A stretch of DNA of 63,498 nucleotides, filler included, from Reticulomyxa filosa (GCA_000512085.1; 25 parts of 25 records of this genome joined end to end with filler, not necessarily neighbours in it); one strand, 5' to 3'; counted from the whole stretch's first letter, positions 25,900-36,761 are shown. Notes: a model not told the origin generated them from the letters alone. Made by a program: numbers and translations.

Positions 25900-26336
25900 C
25901 ATATATGAATATTGGCCGTTCAATTGATTAAATGGAAAAGTAGGACACATCATTAGTACTGACAGAAAAAGTGCATGAAATGGAAAAAGACTTGCAATGA
26001 TGTGATCGATTCATGTGCTTGCTGGACGAGGATGAAGACCTATCTGGATACAGCAAACTCAAGCGGACTCCAAAAGGATTTCTCGATATTTTAGGTAATC
26101 ACTCTGGAACAGCATTCAAATATTTATTGATCAACATTCTATTGGAAGACAACCACTTGAACATCGCCATAGCAAGTCGGCTGAGAGTCTCAGAGCATCG
26201 GTCATTGATGCTTCAAAATCTTCGTTACTTCCTCAAGACAACGGTAAAAAAACAAACAATCTCAAGCTGGTGCACACCAAAACACAATATTTCAAGCCTA
26301 AGTGCACATGACACATCAACAAATCCAACAAACTAA
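25900..26336 (+). pseudogene. Coding-like fragment, unidentified
   Basis: 107-aa ORF (26013-26336) with raised GC in AT-rich surroundings. No motif recognised. Confidence 0.25.
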
Positions 26337-26796
26337 TCACGCTATAACTACATTATTTTAAAAAAAACATTACACCAAAAAAAAGGTTGCTTTTTTAGTA
26401 TTTGACTTGTACACTTTCATTGAAAAGATATAAAGAAAAATAATTTTGTATTAAATAGAACAAATCACATAATATTTTTTCTATATATTGTAATCTTATC
26501 TCTATATTAAATTTTTTTAGTTAGATTTTACATTATGCCTTTTTTTTAACAAAAATGTTTGTATTAAATCTATATCAAACTGTAAAGAAAAAATAATCAA
26601 TTTAACAAATGTTTAAACNNNNNNNNNNNNNNNNNNNNNNNNNNNNNNNNNNNNNNNNNNNNTTAATTAATTAANNNNNNNNNNNNNNNNNNNNNNNNNN
26701 NNNNNNNNNNNNNNNNNNTTTTTTTTTTTCGAAATAAAAAAACTATAATCAACACTTTGTTTATTTTTCTCTCCTCTCTCTCTCTCTCTCTTTAAG

Positions 26797-28069
26797 TTGG
26801 ATCTAAAACGAATTAATAATATCAAAAAACAAACAAACAGGTGTTGAAATACATGTCGTGGGGCCAAATGGAAAAAGTTTGGAAAAAAGATACTTTGAAA
26901 GAAGAAATGATACAAGGACAGGCGTTTGCACCTTTTCGGGAACCCGTCCCGCGATTGGACTTTTATCCCACATACAAAAAAAAACCTGACCGAAGATACG
27001 ACTTTGACGACGACCCATTGCAAATCGCCAATGACCAAAGCCTGCAATCCTCAAACGCCGGCGCAGACCGCAGAAGAAGGCTGCAGGACGTTTATCGAAC
27101 AAAGTTCAAAGTTCCATTTTACAAAGGCGGCACCGTCCAAGATAGACTTCCATCCTTTACCGATCGTGTTTTGGTAATGTAGTTGTATTTCACATTTATT
27201 CATATATGGTGCTTTGTGCAAGACAAAAAAAAAAAAAAAGGGGGCACTTTTTCCAAACTTCCCTCCCTCCACTTTTTTTTTTTTTAAAAAAATATAATAA
27301 TAATAATAAAAAATAGTATTATTCATTGCCAACAACGAAAGGACAATTGACGCCAGAAAGTGATATAGGAATAATGAATACGCAGGCACGAGTGTATAAA
27401 GACTGTGACAATTATGGGTGCATAGCGCATCATTTGAAAGGATCAGATCACTCTGCAGTGTATTGTGGCTTCACATTGCAATGCCCTCTTCTAGCACAGT
27501 GTCCACCTCATGAATTTGACGAAAAGTTTACAAATGCAGACATCTATATGTTTACAATTGGTTTATTCACGGCAATTTTAAAAAAAAAAAAAAAAATAAA
27601 TTAAAGACAACTTTCATTTGTATTATGATCTGTTTATATCATTACCAAAAATAAATAAATAAATAAATAAATTTTGAGACTTGAATGTGCTTTAATGTGT
27701 AGAGGCCGGCCCAAAAAATATGTGATCACAATCACTGCAGTAGATATTTGTCCATAAAAGTCGTCGTACATATCCGATGAAAGTGTGGTGCCAATTCCCT
27801 GCGCCGTTTGAAACGGACGAAGACAAAATCACGCCCACAGTCATCCATCGACAGGACTGGGAGCAGTACCACCGAACTCTTTATACCATCGAGTATCTTT
27901 CCAAAAAAAAAAATTTGGAACCAAACGCACGTCCAGCAGTAGTGAACAACCTCCCCAATCTTTGCCAGATCAAATGTATCATGGCACTTTTGGACTCAAT
28001 GGAAACGAGGCTCCACAAGCGGATGACTCTCGTGCCGATCTTTCGTCCAACCAAGTTTCAAAATACATA

Positions 28070-28108
<39 letters not shown>

Positions 28109-28109
28109 G
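26797..28109 (+). CDS. Inositol polyphosphate 5-phosphatase, internal/C-terminal exons
   Basis: FREP...DFYPTYKK, RLPSFTDRVL and GSDHSAVYCGFTL match the 5-phosphatase motifs FxPTYK, PSWxDRIL and SDHxPV. Confidence 0.88.
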
Positions 28110-28958
28110 NNNNNNNNNNNNNNNNNNNNNNNNNNNNNNNNNNNNNNNNNNNNTTAATTAATTAANNNNNNNNNNNNNNNNNNNNNNNNNNNNNNNNNNN
28201 NNNNNNNNNCGATAGCTTGCATTTGCTTCTTTGCTTTTTTTCATTGTCTCATTCCAATTTCAGCTTGTAATTTTAAAAATTGAAATTGCGAACAAATACA
28301 CTAGATTGTTTGCATTTACACATACAATCAAAATGATAAAAAAAAAAATGGAATTGCTTTATATCAGATTTTTTGTCTGTTTTGCAATTTATGACAATCA
28401 GTTATTACACAAATTAGATAGAAAGTATCATCTCATTTTTTTTGTTTGTGATTGCAAGTCAGATGATGAGAAGAGATCATATGAGTTTGCCCGAACAAAG
28501 GCGTAACTGTATAGATATTTGGTACTTACGTGTACACATGATTTGTAAAGGAGTAAAAGTATGTACTTTTGAACACGTATGATATGGAGACTGGACCTAT
28601 GCTTTGTTCTGAGGAAATTTATTGTCATCAATAAAAATTAAAGACATAACAAATATATGTTTTGTCCTTGCGACAGAAGAAAAAGCTAAACTGAGAAAAG
28701 ACAAAATGATTAAGTAAGATTCGTCAGTTGGTATAATTCAACTTAGATTCTTTTAGACTTGTTTACAAACCAAGGCATTACAGATAAAAAAATTAAAAAA
28801 ATGGAACCACGCCTTTTTTGTGTTTAATATTTTTCAGCAGAATTTTAGTTTCAGCTATTTTTTTTTGAAGATCTACTTCTTTTGCACGTTTTGAAAGATT
28901 TTTAAGTCCAGTGTTGAAAAATTTCATTATAAGTGAAAAAACAAAGTAAATAGACTGA

Positions 28959-29475
28959 CTACATGTTGTTTAATTTTTGTTTAAGAAGTTCGATTCGCTG
29001 AACAACTTCGTTATGCGATTTTTTGATTTTGTCCTTGTTTTTTTTTTTGTATAAAGAATAAACAATAAGCAAATAATGAATTGATTTTTTTGAATAATAA
29101 TAAATTTTTTTTTAAAAAAAACACATGTGTAACTTTGATAAATTTGTTGCCCGTGATAGTAAGATCATTTTCCAATTTGGATTTTTCATCGAGTGCTCGA
29201 GTTAATTGATCTTCAATAATTTTTCTTTGTTGTTGTTTAGACAAAGAAGAAGAAGAAGAAGAAGAATGATGTGGTAAAATGATTTGTCCAGAAGCAATGA
29301 TATCCTCTTTATGTTGATACCCTTTGGATTGTGACGAAGATCCTGTTTTGATGCGATGTTCACTGAACCTTTTCAAAGCAGGACTATCTTTGAGTATCAT
29401 ATTTGCATTGATTTGCGAGCTTTCTGATTTTATTCTTTGTTCACTTTTCACATTTATATTTGTATTTGCATTTGT
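28959..29475 (-). CDS. 3' end of an unidentified coiled-coil protein
   Basis: Exon ...KIIEDQLTRALDEKSKLENDLTITGNKFIK, intron, then DKIKKSHNEVVQRIELLKQKLNNM*. Confidence 0.55.
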
Positions 29476-29575
29476 NNNNNNNNNNNNNNNNNNNNNNNNN
29501 NNNNNNNNNNNNNNNNNNNTTAATTAATTAANNNNNNNNNNNNNNNNNNNNNNNNNNNNNNNNNNNNNNNNNNNN

Positions 29576-29599
<24 letters not shown>

Positions 29600-29614
<15 letters not shown>

Positions 29615-31041
29615 GAAAGAAATATGACCACATACAAATTAAGACCAAAAAAGGATGGCAGCATTGCGCAAAAGCATTGCACCCTTGGCAAAACGAAATT
29701 TCGAATTGGAAAAGAGCTTGATGACCTTGGACAAACAAATCCAACGTTTTGTCCGAAATATTATTTCTCTAAATCAAGTGCGTATGTGTTTTTTTTTTTC
29801 CCCTCCCCCCTTCCCAAAAAAAAAAAAAACTTAGAAACGAGAAGGGGGGAGAGAGAGAGGAAAGGGAAAAAAAAAAAAGGGGAAAAAAATGAATGGGAAA
29901 AATAGTTTGATGAAATATCTGGAGGGATAATTCATCAACGAAAAGAGGGCCATTGGACAGGAGCATTGGAAGGGAAAAAAGAACAGTACGAAAAATTGCT
30001 AAGTACATTAAAAAGAGATCCAAAATATTTGGCCTGTTTGGCGGATCATGTCGAGATCAAAGACGTAAATGATTTTGTAAAGACGATTGTGTTCGATTTA
30101 TATGGCGACCAATACGACAACCACGACGAACGAATCCTTTTGACGCTTTTCGAATGCGTGTTGCAGCAGGCGTTTAACGAAGCGGAGGACATGGGGTCGC
30201 TGATGCGTGCAAACAATGCCGTCACGCACATGCTGTCCGCTTATGCGAAGCGAGGACAAGGCTTGGGGGCTCTCAGGGACATTTTGTTCAAACCTATCTC
30301 CGAATTACTGGAGCAACCCAATATTAACTTGGAAATCAATCCTGTTGAAGTTTTGTGAAGGATGCTTGGGCATTAATGCATCCATTTCAATCACAATAAC
30401 TTTCTCCTATTTACGTTATATGTATATGTACGAATAATATATATATATATATATATGTACATATAGTTTTAAATCTCTGTTTTTGTATACGTGCATACAC
30501 AATGTAGTGCTTTATACGTACACAAGTACGTATATGCAAAAAAAATAAAAAAAATAAAAAAAAATAAATGCACATATAAGGGAGGGGGTACACTCTTCTA
30601 AAGGAAGAAGTAAGAAAAGAAATAACAAACCAATGAATACATCAAAAGGTGTACAATCAAATTCGAATCGCTTATGAATCGAAGATGAATAGACCCTGGG
30701 AAGGACCTAAGAACTTGACGGCGGAGGAGGCTGCGGAAGACAAGTACGTGAAGCGATTGGTGGCGTCTCGCGTAAGACAGTTGGAATACGTGCTGGATCA
30801 TTTCTTAACCTGCATCGTTGAGTCCGTGGATCTTGTGCCCTTTGGAATTCGATGGATCTGTCGACAATTGGCAGAAATGACACAGAAAAGATTCCCCGAT
30901 GTGGATCGATACAAAATTGGAGGATTGGTAGGCGGTTTCATTTACCTGCGCTTTTTCAATCCCGTCATCGTGGCTCCGGAGTCAGTCAATTTTGTCGATC
31001 ACAAATTGTCTAATGCGGCAAGGCGAAATCTCATTCTTGTT

Positions 31042-31074
<33 letters not shown>

Positions 31075-31842
31075 TACATATATATATGTATACATATATG
31101 AATACACATATATGAATATATATATATATATTTGCAAATGTTTGTTGTATACGTATTACGTATACAACAGATTGCCAAAATCTTACAAACATTATCGAAT
31201 GGCGTCGACTTTCGTGACCAATATATGAAAGTGTTTTCTCCTTGGGTTGAGAAACATCGCGAAGACCTCCAAATCTACTTTGCGCGATTGATCGATGTGG
31301 ATCCACTGTTTGACCATTTGGATATTGACGACTTGGTCGGACTGACAAAGGACTCCGTCCAAACGGTGCAAGTAACTTTCAACCAAATCTTTTTATTGCA
31401 CCGGCTGCTGTGGCAACACCGAAAAGTGTGGAACAAGAGCAAAGATTGCAATGACCCGGTGCTCAAGATTCTGGCGACTTTGGGAGCACCTCCGGGGCCT
31501 GTCAAATTTTCGGACAACCATCTTATCAATCTCCAGCTGCGTTGTCTCAATAACAACAACGACGACGACGACGACGACGACAACAACAACAGCAATGGTG
31601 ATGACTATGACCACAAAAGCAACCATTTGGACTCCAAAGAAGACAACAAGAACAATATGGCAAGAGATTATATCGCCAACGTCCGAGTCAATGAAGACGC
31701 CTTGGTCAATCAAGTCCGCGAAAAAATCAAAACTATTTTGGTGAACGACTCTGTTCCCGAAATGTTGCTGGAACAGTGCAGAACCTCATTACGCACATAT
31801 CTTCAAGTTTATATACATATATTAAAAAAATATGTGCATTAA
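29600..31842 (+). CDS. RasGAP-domain protein (S. pombe Gap1/Sar1 / IQGAP-GRD-like), partial, multi-exon
   Basis: AALRKSIAPLAKRNFELEK; LYGDQYDNHDERILL; SLMRANNAVTHMLSAYAKRGQG (arginine finger); LEINPVE; VPFGIRWICRQ; GGFIYLRFFNPVIVAPE; RRNLIL|IAKILQTLSN. Confidence 0.92.
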
Positions 31843-31873
31843 TTTTTATTATTACATAAAATACAAAAAAATA

Positions 31874-31911
<38 letters not shown>

Positions 31912-32011
31912 NNNNNNNNNNNNNNNNNNNNNNNNNNNNNNNNNNNNNNNNNNNNTTAATTAATTAANNNNNNNNNNNNNNNNNNNNNNNNNNNNNNNNN
32001 NNNNNNNNNNN

Positions 32012-33119
32012 CAAACTCAACCCAAATCCAAATCCAAATCCCAAATCCAAAATCCCAAATCCCAATCCCAAGCTCAATCCCAAGCCCTCTTCTTTAGATA
32101 CCGTACAAGAAGAAGACCAATGGTATTTTTTTAAAAAAGAATGAGATAAATTTATACAAATAATAATAACAATAATACAAAAATAGATGAATGACGAGCT
32201 GTTCCATGTCAGTGTGCATCCACGAAAACCTGCAGAAAAGAATAGTCGAGATCTCGACCATGTTTATGTAATATTCCGTTGTTCACTTTATTATATATCT
32301 TTGCTTTAAAAAAAAAAGAAATGTGTGTTTGTTGATAGGATACAAGCAAAGGGTCACAATATCAAGAGTACACGGAGTTTGATTCGCATCGTCCCTCTCC
32401 AGAGCCATCACCGAAACAAAGAGATGAACAATCAGAAGTGGGAACGGAGGTAAGAATTGCCATGGGATTTGAGAAAGAGAAGATTCTGAAAGACGACGAT
32501 ATTATAATAATCAAACAAGGTCATTTTGGCATCATGCAGTCGGCGATCGACTCGGAGCGACAACGAAGCATAGACTCCAATCGCTCGATGCCAATGGATC
32601 AAAAGCGCACGCCAGATGATGATGATAATGATGATGTGGATAGAAAAGAGGAGACAAATGAGCGGGAGGAGGAAGATAGAAACAATAGTGATAGAGTCAC
32701 ATCAGCAGAGCCGAGAGATAATCTTAGCGATGAAGATCTCGCCAAAACCGTGCAAAAGTGCTTACGCAATCAGAAATTGAAAACGGCGGAAGGCTTTGTG
32801 TTGCGATATTTGGACCGATGGACGGGCCATGTGTGGACGGGACTAATCAACCAAGTATGCCAAGGATGGAGTCCAGATGAAATCATGACCTACTTTGTGC
32901 ATTGGATGAAGATCCCGGTGACGAAAGGCTGGTTATCTTATTCCATCATTGTTGATATTGACAAAGAGTTCGTGAAAAATTTTGAGCTTGAATGTATGAA
33001 CATACCAATACTGCCAGAATTCTATGGAGCCATATTCGCTACAATGTCCGTACATGGAGCCAAAGACAATCTTGTCGTCATTTTCAAAGAGTTTATCATC
33101 GCCGTGCGAGATACTGAAA
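32012..33119 (+). CDS. Partial gene: low-complexity region followed by a helical MA3/MI-like domain
   Basis: Open frame to the contig end. ECMNIPILPEFYGAIFATMSVHG resembles the MA3 DxP motif region, but the domain call is weak. Confidence 0.4.
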
Positions 33120-33600
33120 NNNNNNNNNNNNNNNNNNNNNNNNNNNNNNNNNNNNNNNNNNNNTTAATTAATTAANNNNNNNNNNNNNNNNNNNNNNNNN
33201 NNNNNNNNNNNNNNNNNNNACAGCAGGCAATCACACTTTTTAGAAAGAGTAGTTTTAGGCATCGCATACTTACGTATCACAGTTATCGAGGGGGGGAATG
33301 CATAAAGGATTAATACCTGTGATACTCGTTACAATCAGTAAGGAAAATATCTTCCTTCAAGAAATAGGATATATAAGTTATCATAAGACTAAAGAAGAGA
33401 AGACAAATAAACAGCATTTATTTGCACTATCCTATGTATTTATTTAGTTAAAGAAGTTTTAGAAGAAAGAAGAAGATCTTTTCTAGTATAGAAGACTACT
33501 GGTTATATTTTTTGGCTAACTCACAAGGATCAGGAGAGCCACCTGTAAGAGAGGCACCGTTACTTTCTTTTTTTCCATCGTTTTTCTCCGTGTTTAATTT

Positions 33601-33921
33601 AGTTAATTGTGTAGCAGTTAAGCAACAAAATCAACATAACGCTTCTTCAAAGCTGCCTGTGCGGCAGTTAACGCAACAGAAGAACAAAAGGGAAATATTG
33701 TGACGATTGCAGAAAAACTAATAGAAAAAGGTAAATAAATCGGCGAACAAAGAGGAATACAGCTCGGTAAATAAGAAGGTATGAAAGAAGAGAGGAAGCA
33801 GGTTGCAATTAACCTTCTTAAAGCGAAACAGAGCCCAGACTTTGTTGCCAAAGTCACGGGACTAAACGCCGATGAAGTCAAAAAGTTACAAATTGAATAT
33901 AATAACTTATCACAGCATTAA
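33601..33921 (+). pseudogene. C-terminal part of an Rpn/YhgA (PD-(D/E)XK transposase_31) family protein, bacterial
   Basis: RFFKAACAAVNATEEQKGNIVTIAEKLIEKGK*IGEQRGIQLGK*EGMKEERKQVAINLLKAKQSPDFVAKVTGLNADEV shows the MTIAE / GxxxG repeat / IAxNLL...TGL tail. In-frame TAA at 33619, 33637, 33736 and 33772. Absent from the ORF track. Confidence 0.85.
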
Positions 33922-33939
33922 TTGCCCTATTAAACTATA

Positions 33940-34090
33940 TGGTAAGGGGAAGCCGAATTAAAAGCATGGGGCATGCCTGATATTATGTTTGATGATCATA
34001 AAGTAGAGGTGGAAATAGCATCATCTGAAAATAATGCTCTTCCTCCTAAAAAAAATAATCTGTCCAGCTTGTGGGTGTGAATATGAAGGT
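33940..34090 (+). pseudogene. C-terminal fragment of a phage ParB-like protein
   Basis: EAELKAWGMPDIMFDD... then a frameshift in an A-run into IICPACGCEYE. A WG motif plus terminal CPxCG is typical of phage ParB-N proteins that precede terminase genes. Confidence 0.45.
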
Positions 34091-34285
34091 TGCAAAGCGT
34101 CAAATGCCTTCCAGGCATTACAAAAACCGACACAACGAGAGATGATTTTCTTGAAGTTTACAAGAATAATATGTGTCATGCAGGAGATTCATGTAAATTG
34201 TTTGGAATTCACAGAAGCACCTATTACGAATAGTATAAAAGCGCTTATGCATCCTATGATGCGATTGGTGTGATCAAATTTTAGC
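34083..34285 (+). pseudogene. Phage terminase-small-subunit-like HTH fragment
   Basis: TTRDDFLEVYKNNMCHAGDSCKLFGIHRSTYYE*YKS matches FLE...AC...GIxRSTYYxW. The conserved Trp codon is TAG at 34231. Confidence 0.65.
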
Positions 34286-34414
34286 CAGAAAATTTGCCTG
34301 TTCACGGCTTTGCCGTTTGTACCTTTAGTAGATAAATTTAGTAGTTATTAGCTTGCAAAATTATATTACCTCGAAAGCCATGCGGCAATTGAGCTATTTG
34401 GAGTTTATTTTACT

Positions 34415-34510
34415 TTATACCTTATTATAAGATCTAGTCCCATAACATTCTGGATATTTAGAACAACCATAAAAACTATGATTATCACGCCTACGCTTAC
34501 GCAATATCAA
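34415..34510 (-). pseudogene. Half of a topoisomerase-type C4 zinc ribbon
   Basis: LILRKRRRDNHSFYGCSKYPECYGTRSYNKV* contains the FxGCSxYPxC motif; the first CPxCG is missing. Confidence 0.8.
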
Positions 34511-34833
34511 GCTCTGTTCCAGTTGAAGTAATTGCTAAAGCACGAGGAGTATCAAAGTAATAAACCGTATCAGTTGTATTAGTATATGAGTTATAAACAC
34601 CAGGTACTGCTGTTATATCCTGTCCAGCTGTAAGAGTTATATAATCAATACCACCTAGTCTTGCAGAAAATACATTATTAGCCCTGGCAGGTAAAGGAGA
34701 GGTTAAAAGGGAGCCAATTTGAGGCTGTGGTACGCCTGGTTGCCTACCATTTAAAGCCTTCGCCTGTACCGAACCAGCGCTAATTAAATTACCAAAATTA
34801 TTTGCCTGCACAACTTTATTTTGTGTAGTTAAT
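34497..34833 (-). pseudogene. Internal fragment of a probable phage virion protein
   Basis: G/T/N-rich beta-type sequence ITLTAGQDITAV...YFDTPRALAITS. The 5' end is replaced by an IS5 and the 3' end is fused to the zinc-ribbon fragment. Confidence 0.45.
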
Positions 34834-35004
34834 AGACTTCTTTCGAAACTCATAACTTCAGCTCCCAATTATAAAAAGCAGTAATAAGATTAAAACGTAG
34901 GCCAAACCTCTTTCTTCTATTGCGATACCGATCAGCAATAATCTTAACGCTTTAACACACCGATAACATTCTCATTCAATACTCTCTGACTCGCAAGCTG
35001 CCGA
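34834..35004 (-). mobile_element. IS5-family (ISL2-group-like) right end with transposase C-terminus
   Basis: RQLASQRVLNENVIGVLKR(frameshift)KIIADRYRNRRKRFGLRFNLITAFYNWELKL*, stop at 34850. Terminal IR AGACTTCTTTCGAAACTC at 34834. This type is common in Rickettsiales and other protist symbionts. Confidence 0.88.
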
Positions 35005-35104
35005 NNNNNNNNNNNNNNNNNNNNNNNNNNNNNNNNNNNNNNNNNNNNTTAATTAATTAANNNNNNNNNNNNNNNNNNNNNNNNNNNNNNNNNNNNNNNN
35101 NNNN

Positions 35105-35484
35105 CGGAAGTCGCCATCGCCCGAGAACAGGATCACATGGTCGAGATGGTCGGCCATTTCGAGCACATCGATGGCCAGTTCGATGTCCATGTTGCCCTTG
35201 ACCTTGCGGCGGCCCATGGCGTCGGTGAATTCCTTGGCCGGCTTGGTGACCATGGTGTAGCCGTTGTAGTCCAGCCAATCGATCAGCGGCCGGATGGGCG
35301 AATACTCCTGATCCTCGACCAGCGCGGTGTAGTAGTAGGCACGGACCAGCCGGCCCTTTTCACGAAACACCTTCAGGAGGCGGCGATAGTCGATGTCGAA
35401 GCCGAGAGCGCGTGCCGCCGAGTAGAGATTTGCGCCGTCGATGAACAGCGCGACGCGCTCGTTCTCGTAGAAATTGCCCTTCAT
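35105..35484 (-). CDS. NYN domain (LabA/DUF88) protein, 3' truncated
   Basis: VALFIDGANLY, RAYYY, KGNMDIELAID, LFSGDGDF. GC-rich, with the conserved alphaproteobacterial position upstream of folK-rpoZ. Confidence 0.95.
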
Positions 35485-35626
35485 GGGATCAAACCTTTTG
35501 GAAGAATGCGCGCCGGTCAGCGAAAATTTATGTAGCTACGGAAGGCTGGTAACCCAAGCCTTTCGGGAAGCATATTAAGAGTAGGTTGTTAAGGCATAGA
35601 TCACAAGGGGTTGAGGGGGACTGCTG

Positions 35627-36141
35627 GTGGACAACGAGGGCCGTCGGCCGATTTTCATAGGCGCCGGAGCCAATCTGCCCCACCCGCCTACGCATTGCCA
35701 CGCGAAACACTGCAAGCCGCCCTGCTCGAGCTGGATCGGCGACGTGCACGCGTGCTGCGCTATTCCCACTGGTACAGGACCGCGCCGGTTCCGGCCTCGG
35801 ACCAGCCCTGGTACGTGAACGTGGTGGCCGAGATCGCCACGCATCTGTCCGCGGACGACCTGCTGGCCACACTGCATGAGATCGAGGACCTTTTCGGTCG
35901 GGTTCGCAGCGTGCCCAATGCACCCCGGCTGATCGACCTGGATTTGCTCGATTTTCGGGGGGAAATAGCGGTTCCAGGCGCCGGGAGAGTCGCTCTGCCG
36001 CATCCCCGGATGGCGGGAAGGGCCTTCGTGCTGCGACCTTTGGCGGATCTCGCGCCGGGCTGGCGCCACCCGGTTTCCGGCACGTCGATCCAGGACCTCC
36101 TGAAGGCCCTGCCGGCGGACCAGGTCGCCCAGCCGTTCTAG
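35627..36141 (+). CDS. folK: 2-amino-4-hydroxy-6-hydroxymethyldihydropteridine diphosphokinase (one frameshift near 35685)
   Basis: GTG start MDNEGRRPIFIGAGANLPHP, then a shift to AYALPRETL...SHWYRTAPVPASDQPWYVN...GRVRSVPNAPRLIDLDLL...LPHPRMAGRAFVLRPL. Confidence 0.93.
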
Positions 36142-36211
36142 CCCGCTGGCTTGCCTTTTGGGCGGAGGGGGGTATAACCCGCGGCTCCCGCGAAATTTGA
36201 GGTTCCCCGCC

Positions 36212-36574
36212 ATGGCGCGTGTCACCGTCGAAGACTGCATCCTGCAGGTTCCCAACCGCTTCGAGCTCGTCATGTTCGCCTCGCAGCGCGCCCGCGACAT
36301 CTCGGCCGGCGCCCAGATCACGCTCGACCGCGATCGCGACAAGAATCCCGTCGTGGCGCTGCGCGAGATCGCCGAGGTCAAGCTCGACCAGATGGTGCTG
36401 AAGGACGCGCTGATCTCCGGCATGCAGAAGCACGCCGACGTCGACAAGCCCGAGGAGGTCAACGAGATGGCCGAACTCGAGCAGGAGCTGGCCGCGGCGC
36501 TGGCGCAGGGCGGTGCGGAAGCCGCCCAGCCCAAGGCTCTGCCGATGGCCGAGGAAGACGACGTCACGGAATAG
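36212..36574 (+). CDS. rpoZ: RNA polymerase omega subunit
   Basis: MARVTVEDCILQVPNRFELVMFASQRARDI...DRDKNPVVALREIAE, the alphaproteobacterial form. GAGG RBS upstream. Confidence 0.98.
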   Translation: MARVTVEDCILQVPNRFELVMFASQRARDISAGAQITLDRDRDKNPVVALREIAEVKLDQMVLKDALISGMQKHADVDKPEEVNEMAELEQELAAALAQGGAEAAQPKALPMAEEDDVTE

Positions 36575-36617
36575 CCCGGCGGCGGGCTGAGCCCCAATAG
36601 GGTTCAGCCTGCTATTC
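36569..36617 (+). promoter_or_regulatory. Intergenic RNA stem-loop between rpoZ and spoT
   Basis: GCGGGCTGAGCCC-CAATA-GGGTTCAGCCTGC forms 13 bp with 2 G-U pairs, plus outer GAATA/TATTC. No U-tract. Confidence 0.45.
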
Positions 36618-36669
36618 GTGCAAACGTCGTGGAGTGAACGCAATCGTCCCCATATAGTGGGCGACTGCC

Positions 36670-36761
36670 ATGATTCGCCAATTCGAACTCGTCGAGCGCG
36701 TACAGTCCTACGATCCGGATGCGGACGAGGACGTTCTCAACCGCGCCTACGTCTACGGCCT
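36670..36761 (+). CDS. spoT: Bifunctional (p)ppGpp synthetase/hydrolase, 5' fragment
   Basis: MIRQFELVERVQSYDPDADEDVLNRAYVYG directly after rpoZ. Confidence 0.93.

Noticed and set aside
35005-35104. Bacterial genes next to eukaryotic genes as HGT, or IS5 next to NYN as a defence island
   Set aside because: The neighbours are separated by linkers and differ sharply in GC, so the adjacency is artificial.
35528-36643. 371-aa and 340-aa minus-strand ORFs
   Set aside because: Antisense shadows of folK and rpoZ in GC-rich DNA.
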